A stretch of DNA of 64,000 nucleotides. Origin: an uncultured Candidatus Rokubacteria bacterium (GTDB taxonomy: Bacteria > Methylomirabilota > Methylomirabilia > Rokubacteriales > CSP1-6). The position numbers were made by a program, and so were the translations under genes. Every line of letters begins with the position of its first letter. The stretch's first letter is position 1. The notes beneath the pieces are model-generated. The model saw nothing but the letters and a program-made list of their open reading frames with translations. It ran no database searches and was not told where the DNA came from. The DNA lies in assembly GCA_963762145.1 (NCBI GenBank), contig CAVXJS010000005.1, positions 24,133-88,132 of the forward strand, in the 5' to 3' direction. This document shows, piece after piece, positions 41,500-48,673 of this stretch.

Positions 41500-41792
41500 T
41501 CGCCTCGATCTATGCTCGCGTCGTTGTCGTCCTCGTCTGCCTCCTTGCCCCCGCCACATCGGCCTGGGCGGAATGCGCCTGGGTCTTGTGGCTCGGAACA
41601 GGCAGCGGCTATGCAGCCTTTGGAGCCTACGGGGGGAACACGGGGGAGAAGGATTGCAAGGAGGCGGCCACCCAGTTGATGACCAACATGGGCAAGGATG
41701 CCAAGCAGCTATCGGACTTTCTCAAATCGAGCAGTCGGTATCTGTGTCTCCCGGACACCGTGGATCCGCGCGGGCCGAAGGGGACGAAATGA
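41496..41792 (+). CDS. Small secreted protein, AECAWVLW...CLPDTVDPRGPK type
   Basis: Signal peptide, conserved-looking Cys pattern; starts at one junction motif and ends at the next. Confidence 0.7.
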   Translation: MIASIYARVVVVLVCLLAPATSAWAECAWVLWLGTGSGYAAFGAYGGNTGEKDCKEAATQLMTNMGKDAKQLSDFLKSSSRYLCLPDTVDPRGPKGTK

Positions 41793-41878
41793 TCACGCTC
41801 AAGGCGGTGCAGGAGATCCTCGGACACCGGAAGTCCACGATGACCCTCCGGTATGCCCGCCTCAGCACAAGGTGCTAA
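41789..41878 (+). pseudogene. Tyrosine integrase C-terminal remnant
   Basis: LKAVQEILGHRKSTMTLRYARLS (LGH...Y catalytic box). Confidence 0.75.
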
Positions 41879-41909
41879 AATCGAGCTCGCACGTCGCGTA
41901 AACCCTGAT

Positions 41910-41949
41910 GCCCCCGTAGCTCAGGGGAATAGAGCAGCAGTTTCCTAAA
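41910..41949 (+). pseudogene. tRNA-Arg(CCT) 5' half (att-like duplicate)
   Basis: GCCCCCGTAGCTCAGGGGAATAGAGCAGCAGTTTCCTAAA nearly identical to 48591-48630, ends at anticodon loop. Confidence 0.85.
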
Positions 41950-42531
41950 TCCAGACCGTCCTCATGGCCGAGCAGCCCACGCGCCAGGACGGCCTCCTCA
42001 CATACGCGCGCCGGATCGTCAAGGATCTCGAGCTCGCGGTCGCCGCCAAGGCCACGTGAGGATGCCGTGGCGCAGCTCGCGCCGGCAGACCAACTTTCGC
42101 CCGCCCTCAGGCGCCGCTGGACGCCCACCGAGGCGGAGCGCGGGTTGCTGGCGCGGTGACAGCAGCGCCTCGGCGAGGCGGCCGCGACCATGCTCCGATC
42201 GCCCCGCCCGCGCCACGCCGCGAGATCACGGGCGCCCGGCTGGAGGAGGCGAGTACGGTAGGCGCCACCAGGCCGTCCCGCCCACTGATCGAAAACTTGG
42301 AGGACCTCTAATGCAACCCGATCTGTACCTGTCTGCCGACGAGTTCCATCGCCGAGTCGCAACGAGTCTGAAGGAGATGTAGAAGGTGAACCCTGGTAGC
42401 CCGAGGATGGCGGAACTGCAAGCGCAGCAAGAGACGCTCTACAAGCGGAAGTACGGCGACCGGTAGTCAGCGAGAACTAGGCTATGACCACAGCCCCCGC
42501 CGCCCACGCGCTGGTCAAGGCCCGCTGGACC

Positions 42532-43371
42532 CTAAGGGGCCGCCTTATGGTTCCGGCGTCGCCGCGCGAGATATCCGAGCCCAGCCGCGGTGCCCCAGAG
42601 GAGGAGGGTCGCGGGTTCGGGGGTATGCAGCCCAGCGACACCGCCAAGCCAGAATTCGAACTCGTTGCCGACGAAGGGATTGTTGGGGTTGGCGATCTGC
42701 CCGGCCAGGATGCCGAAGACGACATCTTCATCCGTCCCCAGCGTATGCGTAGCTGCGCGGACATCGAATCCGAATCGGGCGCCGGCCGGAAGGTTAGCGT
42801 CGTGAACCGCCCGTCGGAGTACATCGCCGCGCACGTCGAAGTCGGGCGGAAGGGTGATGGCGCTCCCGGCATTGAGCACGACGTTGGAGGGAACAGGCGG
42901 CCCCGGCGCGAACTCGCCCGGGTGCGGGCCGATGCGGTGCACCGAATCCGCCGTCATGGTCACGATGTCGCTCGGGGCGAAGATGGACGTCGCGGGTTTG
43001 TACTCGATCTGCGCCTGCACGGACCAGAAGTCCCCGATGATGAAGAAGTTGAAACTCTGGGCGGCCACAATCGGGTCCGTCTTGCCGTTCGGCCCTCCGA
43101 GCCCTGCCTGCATGACCAGGTTGAATTGCAATGGGCTCTCGGCAAACATCCCGCTCGGCAACGGATTCGGGGAGGGCGGCAGGAAACCATTCAGCATGAA
43201 GGGGTAGAGGTTGTAGCCAGGGAGATTGGGATTGGGAGGCCCAGCCGGGAGATTGGTCGGTGGGTTGCCTGGGATACCAATGACGGTGGCCGATGCCGGG
43301 CTGCCGGGACCAGCGAGCAATGCGAGCCCAAGGAGGAAAACCCACGCGGTGAGTCGTGTGGCCCGGGTCAT
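42532..43371 (-). CDS. PEP-CTERM surface protein, paralog 2
   Basis: Homologous along its length to 40182-41042; TPEPATLLLWG..AGLGYLARRRR. Confidence 0.88.
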   Translation of the reverse strand: MTRATRLTAWVFLLGLALLAGPGSPASATVIGIPGNPPTNLPAGPPNPNLPGYNLYPFMLNGFLPPSPNPLPSGMFAESPLQFNLVMQAGLGGPNGKTDPIVAAQSFNFFIIGDFWSVQAQIEYKPATSIFAPSDIVTMTADSVHRIGPHPGEFAPGPPVPSNVVLNAGSAITLPPDFDVRGDVLRRAVHDANLPAGARFGFDVRAATHTLGTDEDVVFGILAGQIANPNNPFVGNEFEFWLGGVAGLHTPEPATLLLWGTAAGLGYLARRRRNHKAAP

Positions 43372-43431
43372 CGCCTGTTCCTCCTCGTTCGTAGGATCAG
43401 GTCAGCAGGCGGTCGGATTGAAGTGGGCGCC

Positions 43432-43460
43432 ATGCTAGGTGAGCCCCACAGCCTTGTCAA
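43432..43460 (-). promoter_or_regulatory. sigma70 promoter of PEP-CTERM gene 2
   Basis: TTGACA-N17-TAGCAT on minus strand. Confidence 0.62.
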
Positions 43461-43732
43461 TGTCAGGTTGCCCCGTGAGTGATCGGCCTGCCGGCCTCGC
43501 CCGCCCCACGGACTTGTCGCCTCGCGTGAGCCCGGAGGATCTCCAGGACGCAGCATTGGTATTCGCTCGGGCCCTGCTCGAGCATCTGGCTGATGGCCTT
43601 GCTACCGGCCAGCTCGAGACGGTGCTCTCCGGCGCGCGGTGCCTGGAGCACCTCGCCAGGCTGGCCGGCCCGGCCGTCGCCGCGCAGGCCTTCGCCGCGG
43701 CCTGTCGAGCCCAATAAGGACCAATCTAGCCC

Positions 43733-43977
43733 GTGCCCACCCCCTCTTCGCGCCCAGACGCCCCTGGCCCCGAACGTTCGGCTCCTGTACGCTCCCCGCA
43801 GCCGATCTGCGTGGTCTGTGGAGGGCCGAGGGACTACCGGAAGCGGGAAGCCTGCTCCGATCGGTGCCCGGCGGCTCAAAGTAGACGGCGACGGCAGGAT
43901 GCCCAATTGACCCGAGATAGGAGATTCGGGCCCTTTTGGAAACGGCGCTGAAGAAACTGGAGGGCGAACGCCTATGA
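43733..43977 (+). CDS. Small CxxC...CxxxC zinc-binding protein (frameshift ~43920)
   Basis: CVVCGG..KREACSDRC; corrected C-terminus EIRALLETALKKLEGERL overlaps next ATG. Confidence 0.5.
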
Positions 43978-44960
43978 ATCGTCGAGCGTTCCTGAGCGCC
44001 CTGAGCGGCAGCCTCCTCGCCGCGCCGCTCGCCGCCGAGGCGCAGCCGACACCGAAGCCCGCGCGGGTCGCGCTTCTGTGCGGGGTGCGCTGCGAAGGCG
44101 GAGGCTACGATGCGTTTCGCCACGGGCTGCGCGACCTGGGGTGGGTCGAGGGCCGCAACCTCGTTGTCGACGTCCGAGGTGCCGAGGGGCAACCTGATCG
44201 CCTGCCTGCCCTCGTGGCCGAACTGGTCGCCGGCAGGCCCGACATCATCGTCGCCGTCGCGCCGCAGCCGGCTCGCGCCGCCAAGGACGCGGCGGGGGCT
44301 ATTCCCCTCGTATTCGTGGCAGTGGCCGATCCGATCGCAGCTGGGATCGTCCCGAGCCTCGCCCGGCCCGGCGGGAATGTGACGGGCCTGAGCACGTTAG
44401 TGCCGGGCGGTTTCATGGGCAAGATTCTCCAGTTCCTCAAAGAAGCGGTGCCGACGGCCTCCCGGGTCGCGGTTCTCTGGAGCTCGAAGAACCCTCTACA
44501 TGTCACCTTGATCCCGAAGGAGCTGACACCGTCTGCTCCACCACTCGGCGTCGAGCTTCAGATGCTGGATGTCACTGACCCCGCGGCCATCGCGCCCGCA
44601 GTCGAGGCAGCCGTTCACGGCCGCGCGCAAGCGCTCCTCGTCGTGGGCGATCCCATGTTCCACCGGCCCTTCGCACGGGTGCCCGACCTGGCTTTGCGCG
44701 CACGGCTGCCCTCGATGTATCTCGACCGCGACGTGGTGACGGTCGGAGGCGGGCTGCTGTCTTATGGCCCCGACTGGGGTGCGATGTTCCGTCGGGCCGC
44801 TGCCTATGTGGACAAGATCCTAAAGGGCACCAAACCCGGCGACATGCCCGTCGAGCAGCCGTCGAAGTTTGAGCTGGTCATCAACCTCAAGACCGCGAAG
44901 GCCCTCGGCCTGACGATCCCGCCGTCGCTCCTGCAGCGGGCGGATCAGGTGATCGAGTAG
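43974..44960 (+). CDS. ABC transporter substrate-binding protein (ABC_sub_bind type), orphan
   Basis: RR-type leader NRRAFL, SLARPGGNVTG, PVEQP.KFELVINLKTAKALGLTIP. Confidence 0.92.
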   Translation: MNRRAFLSALSGSLLAAPLAAEAQPTPKPARVALLCGVRCEGGGYDAFRHGLRDLGWVEGRNLVVDVRGAEGQPDRLPALVAELVAGRPDIIVAVAPQPARAAKDAAGAIPLVFVAVADPIAAGIVPSLARPGGNVTGLSTLVPGGFMGKILQFLKEAVPTASRVAVLWSSKNPLHVTLIPKELTPSAPPLGVELQMLDVTDPAAIAPAVEAAVHGRAQALLVVGDPMFHRPFARVPDLALRARLPSMYLDRDVVTVGGGLLSYGPDWGAMFRRAAAYVDKILKGTKPGDMPVEQPSKFELVINLKTAKALGLTIPPSLLQRADQVIE

Positions 44961-45934
44961 TGGACCGGCGCAGCTTCCTTAGCACCTTGACTGGTGGCCT
45001 CCTCGCCGCGCCGCTCGCCGCCGAGGCGCAACCGGCTGGGAAGGTGTGGCAGATCGGATATCTCCACTTGTTTCCCAGACCTTCGCCGTTCTTCCAAATG
45101 CTCGGCCAGGGGTTGCGTGATCTCGGATACGTCGAGGATCAGAACGTCGCCTTCGCGTACCGGAGCGCCGAGGGCAAGGCCGAGCGGCTTCCGACCCTCG
45201 CGGCTGATCTGGTCCACCTCAACGTCGACCTCATCGTTACCTCCACCGCTCCGGCGGCCCGTGCCGCGAAGGAAGCGACCACCACGATCCCCATCGTCAT
45301 GGTGGGCGTCAACTACGACCCGCTGGCGCTCGGCTACGTCGCCAGCCTCGCTCGGCCGGGGGGCAACGTCACGGGGCTATTCTTCCTTCACCTCGACTTG
45401 CTGGCCAAACGGCTCGGGGTCTTCAAGGACATGTTGCCTAGCGTCGGTCGCGTCGCTGTCCTTTCCGATCCCCTCTCGGTCGATCAACTCAAACAGGTGG
45501 AAGTGGTCAATCGCTCGCTGGGTTTCAAGCTCCACCCGCTGGAACTTCGAGAACCGCAGCTCGATGTGGAGAGCGCGTTTCGCGCCGCAGTGCGGTCTCG
45601 GGCCGAAGGGCTCTTCGTGTTGGAGACTGTGAACATCTTTCAAAAGCGATCACAGATCGCCCAGCTCGCCCTGAAGCACCGGCTCCCGACGAGCTTTGCG
45701 TTCCGAGAATACGTCGACGCTGGGGGCCTCGCCTCCTACGGTGTGAACTTCCCGGACATGGGCAGGCGCGCGGCCATCTACGTGGACAGGATCCTCAAGG
45801 GCGCCAAACCCGCAGACCTGCCGGTTGAGCAGGCGACCACGTTCGAGCTGGTTGTCAACCTCAAGACCGCCAAGGCTCTCGGGCTGACGATCCCGCCGTC
45901 ACTCTTGCAGCGGGCAGATCAGGTGATCGAGTGA
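44960..45934 (+). CDS. ABC transporter substrate-binding protein (ABC_sub_bind type), orphan
   Basis: Same family motifs as upstream paralog. Confidence 0.92.
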   Translation: MDRRSFLSTLTGGLLAAPLAAEAQPAGKVWQIGYLHLFPRPSPFFQMLGQGLRDLGYVEDQNVAFAYRSAEGKAERLPTLAADLVHLNVDLIVTSTAPAARAAKEATTTIPIVMVGVNYDPLALGYVASLARPGGNVTGLFFLHLDLLAKRLGVFKDMLPSVGRVAVLSDPLSVDQLKQVEVVNRSLGFKLHPLELREPQLDVESAFRAAVRSRAEGLFVLETVNIFQKRSQIAQLALKHRLPTSFAFREYVDAGGLASYGVNFPDMGRRAAIYVDRILKGAKPADLPVEQATTFELVVNLKTAKALGLTIPPSLLQRADQVIE

Positions 45935-45947
45935 GCCGTCCGCCACG

Positions 45948-46187
45948 ATGAGTACGCCTGTCGATCGCGAGCAGCTGCGGCGCGACTGCTCCGACGCCCT
46001 CGAGGCACTGATCCAAGCTCAACGATTGGACGGGATCACCCGGCTGGCCGACTCACTCCGAGCCCTCGGGCCGCCCTATCGCTTCCACGGGGAGCAGATC
46101 GATGCCGCGGCGTGGGCTCGCGAAGACAATACGGTCACCTGGCATCTGATCCACGCGCTCGAGAACCTCGAGCGCGGCGTGCAGTAG
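45948..46187 (+). CDS. Small hypothetical protein
   Basis: Co-oriented ORF with plausible composition. Confidence 0.5.
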   Translation: MSTPVDREQLRRDCSDALEALIQAQRLDGITRLADSLRALGPPYRFHGEQIDAAAWAREDNTVTWHLIHALENLERGVQ

Positions 46188-46208
46188 ATCGGACAAGCGG
46201 AGGCCACG

Positions 46209-46631
46209 ATGGCCCGGAAGCGAGCATCACGGCGGCCAGGGAAGAAGACCACGAAGCCCAGTGGCCAGCGGAAGACCGTGGCCAAGAGGAGGCCAGCCAA
46301 GAGGAACCCAGCCAAGAGGAGGCCAGCCAGGAAGAAGCCTGCCAATAGGAGAAAACTCGCCCAAAGGGAGCCCGGGTTAACAAGAGCGCCCGGAGGTGAG
46401 CCGGCGATGCCTCGTAAGCTCGCGGACACAGACCAGCAGATCGAGACGTTCCGGCATCATGTGTCTGAGGAGTGTGTCTCGATCGCGTCCAGCATCGACA
46501 CCATCCCGCCCGGCACGATCCCGGCCGAGATGCGCGATCGGTGGCTTCGGGGATTGCGCCATGCCGCAGTCGCCTTGGTCCCAGTGATTGAGCGGCTCGC
46601 CGGTGGGCCGACGACCAAGGCCGAGCCATGA
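46209..46631 (+). CDS. Hypothetical protein with K/R-rich pentapeptide-repeat N-terminus
   Basis: GGAGG SD; AKRRP/AKRNP/ARKKP repeats; stop on junction motif. Confidence 0.6.
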   Translation: MARKRASRRPGKKTTKPSGQRKTVAKRRPAKRNPAKRRPARKKPANRRKLAQREPGLTRAPGGEPAMPRKLADTDQQIETFRHHVSEECVSIASSIDTIPPGTIPAEMRDRWLRGLRHAAVALVPVIERLAGGPTTKAEP

Positions 46632-46731
46632 TCGCCGCCGGTTGCGGTCGAATCGTAGGTACCGCCGACCGTGAGCACTCTCGCTTCGCTCGCGCCGCCG
46701 GCGGGAGAAGCTGGCGGAGTACCTGAAGTGA
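46628..46731 (+). repeat. Cassette junction element 1 (ATGATCGCCGCC...GGGAGAAGCTGGCGGAGTACCTGAAGTGA)
   Basis: 46690-46729 matches 47355-47394 at 39/40. Confidence 0.8.
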
Positions 46732-46988
46732 GCCGCTACGCTCGTGAACGAGGCAGCTGGCGGAGCCGCGCCACCCGCCGACGGAGCCGCCGCGCCGCTA
46801 GCTTCGCCACCGCCCGCCGGGTCGCCCAGATCATTCGATCAATCATGGCCGGGCGTACCGCACACACCGTGCCAGCGACTCATTCCGTGCTTTTTCTGGA
46901 ACTTGGCGGTCCGCACCATCTTCGCGCAGAGCACGGACTTTCCCATCATGGGCTGCGCGATGACATTTCTCGACAGGGGGACCCATGA
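46728..46988 (+). CDS. Possible hypothetical cassette ORF (frame uncertain)
   Basis: GTG overlaps junction stop; TGA lies in next junction motif ATGATCACCGCCATCTACG. Confidence 0.3.
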   Translation: MSRYARERGSWRSRATRRRSRRAASFATARRVAQIIRSIMAGRTAHTVPATHSVLFLELGGPHHLRAEHGLSHHGLRDDISRQGDP

Positions 46989-47067
46989 TCACCGCCATCT
47001 ACGTCCGCACGCGCGGCCTGCGCTATCTCGACCCGGACGGCTGATGCTGCCGCGAGTACGAGAGCCG

Positions 47068-47331
47068 ATGGCCGCCACGCAGCCTGCGACGCAAAGCACT
47101 AGGGCGCCCGTTGTGATCGCGACGCTCGTGCTGGCCGGATGTGCCATCGCCCAGAACACGCCCGCGCAGGAGCGGACATGGCAGGCCATCGCGAAGTGTA
47201 GGGAACTCCAACCGAGCGGGTATCAAGTGACCCACGTAGAGCCTGATGGTCGGTACTTCTACAGGTCTGGTGACTTCGCCGGTGGTGTCCGCCCATGGCA
47301 AGACTGTATCCGCGCCGGCGGCCCCCGATGA
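47068..47331 (+). CDS. Small lipoprotein
   Basis: LAGC lipobox, two further Cys; stop on junction motif. Confidence 0.65.
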   Translation: MAATQPATQSTRAPVVIATLVLAGCAIAQNTPAQERTWQAIAKCRELQPSGYQVTHVEPDGRYFYRSGDFAGGVRPWQDCIRAGGPR

Positions 47332-47396
47332 TCGCCGCCTATCCCCCAATATCTTCGCGCCGCCAGCGGGAGAAGCTGGCGGAGTACCTGAAGTAG
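47328..47396 (+). repeat. Cassette junction element 2 / 22-aa mini-ORF MIAAYPPISSRRQREKLAEYLK
   Basis: 69 bp in frame; hairpin CCGCCAGC-N7-GCTGGCGG. Confidence 0.8.
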
Positions 47397-47403
47397 AGGG
47401 CAG

Positions 47404-47787
47404 ATGGACGGCGCCGGAGTGGTGGTGGTTCTGGGCGTCTTTATCCTCATCATCGTGGCGGTCATTGCCTACCGAGTGGGATACCTGCGGGCACAGGACG
47501 TGAGCCACAGGCTAGAAGCCGAGTGGCGCAGGCTGCCCATGGAGGCCCCCTTGCCGCGTTGGCGCCGCGCGGCGGGTTGGGCGGCCTATGTGTCCTCCGC
47601 GCTCTCGCTCTGTCTGTTCCTGGTCGTCGCGTATGTGTACGCATACCGCTGGGGGTGGACCTATCTGACGGCCGCATGGATTCTGTGGTTCGGCATCTTC
47701 CTGGGAGTGCTCTGGCTCGCCGAGTGGTGTTGGAAGCCCAGCCGAGAGGCCCAGGGCGGTGCGAGTGACGAGAAGGATCCGGAATGA
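47404..47787 (+). CDS. Small membrane protein (3 predicted TM segments)
   Basis: Hydrophobic stretches; begins 7 nt after junction 2, stop on next junction motif. Confidence 0.65.
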   Translation: MDGAGVVVVLGVFILIIVAVIAYRVGYLRAQDVSHRLEAEWRRLPMEAPLPRWRRAAGWAAYVSSALSLCLFLVVAYVYAYRWGWTYLTAAWILWFGIFLGVLWLAEWCWKPSREAQGGASDEKDPE

Positions 47788-47853
47788 TCGCCGCCATCCA
47801 CCCACGTCAGGCCGCCGGAAGAACGGGAGCGGCTGGAGGAAGACCTGAAGTGA
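47784..47853 (+). repeat. Cassette junction element 3 (diverged)
   Basis: ATGATCGCCGCCATC...CGGGAGCGGCTGGAGGAAGACCTGAAGTGA; last 30 bp match copy 1 at 25/30. Confidence 0.7.
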
Positions 47854-48112
47854 TGTCATCCGCGCTGGCGCAGCTCTGGCTGTCGTGAGGGGCAGGAGGA
47901 ACCTCTAATGCTACAGCTCTTCGACCTTTCGAGACAGAACGCCGCCCTAAAGCGTGCGCTACTCCAATGCCGTGAAGACGACGAGGCCCGCCGCCGCCTG
48001 CTTGCTTCCATCTATGAGACTTGGACTGGGCGCAGCTGAATGTCTGGCGAATCATGCGGAGCCGCGGCGCGGCTCGATGCGTTGCTACATGGGGGTGGAA
48101 TAGGGAGGGAGT

Positions 48113-48376
48113 ATGGCCAAAACGCCTAGTGATCTGATTTTCGAAGCACTGTGCCTTCGATATCGTTCGACCACCAACGTCGCCTGGGTGATGACGCGGC
48201 AGGAACTGCAGGAGGCGACCGGTCTGCCAGCGGAAACCCTCGTCGATGCATTGCGCGACCTGGTTAACCCGACGAACGAGGACCTCCCGATCCGCTTCGT
48301 CAACAACGACTCCGACAAGATCACGATCGGCCCGGCATGGGCGAGTCGGTGCGAGGACATGGGGAAGCCCGCGTGA
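48113..48376 (+). CDS. Small hypothetical protein (possible winged helix)
   Basis: GGAGG SD; MTRQELQEATGLPAETLVDALRDL; stop on GTGATCGCCGCC. Confidence 0.6.
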   Translation: MAKTPSDLIFEALCLRYRSTTNVAWVMTRQELQEATGLPAETLVDALRDLVNPTNEDLPIRFVNNDSDKITIGPAWASRCEDMGKPA

Positions 48377-48384
48377 TCGCCGCC

Positions 48385-48505
48385 AGGGGCAGATCTACGA
48401 CCTCAAGGAGATCCTGGGCCACAGCGATATCAAGATGACCGCCCGCTACGCCCACCTCAGCCCGGCGCACCTGCGCGCCGGCGTGGATGCGCTCGACGGG
48501 CTCAC
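48385..48505 (+). pseudogene. Tyrosine integrase C-terminal remnant
   Basis: IYDLKEILGHSDIKMTARYAHLSPAHLR. Confidence 0.8.
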
Positions 48506-48507
48506 CG

Positions 48508-48540
48508 ATGGGCACACGAATGGGCACAAAGTGCTAGAAT
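48508..48540 (+). promoter_or_regulatory. Arm-type direct repeats (ATGGGCACA x2) plus extended -10 TGCTAGAAT upstream of tRNA-Arg
   Basis: Repeats at 48508 and 48520; similar GCACAAGGTGCTAAAAT precedes the 41910 half-tRNA. Confidence 0.5.
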
Positions 48541-48590
48541 CTGAGTCGGCGCAGGACACCGCGCCGCGTAACTCCGCGAGACAACAAGGC

Positions 48591-48667
48591 GCCCCCGTAG
48601 CTCAGGTGGATAGAGCAGCAGTTTCCTAAACTGCGTGCCGGGTGTTCGAGTCACCCCGGGGGCACCA
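48591..48667 (+). tRNA. tRNA-Arg(CCT)
   Basis: 77-nt cloverleaf: GCCCCCG/CGGGGGC acceptor, GCAGT-TTCCTAA-ACTGC, GGGTG-TTCGAGT-CACCC, CCA. Confidence 0.95.
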
Positions 48668-48673
48668 TCCACA

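Noticed and set aside
41496-41792. Serine recombinase gene (starts MIASIYARV)
   Set aside because: Only ~9 residues match and the catalytic Ser is absent; the rest is a small secreted protein
41910-41990. Second functional tRNA-Arg
   Set aside because: Similarity stops at the anticodon loop; no T-arm or 3' acceptor strand
44949-45934. GTGATCG near the ends of both SBP genes as further junction motifs
   Set aside because: Explained by conserved QVIE codons and not coincident with the stop; similar short matches at 9152, 55246 and 61605 are likewise probably chance
46628-48390. Classical integron/attC array
   Set aside because: No RYYYAAC...GTTRRRY boxes recognised by eye and no IntI; a covariance-model scan would be needed to exclude it formally
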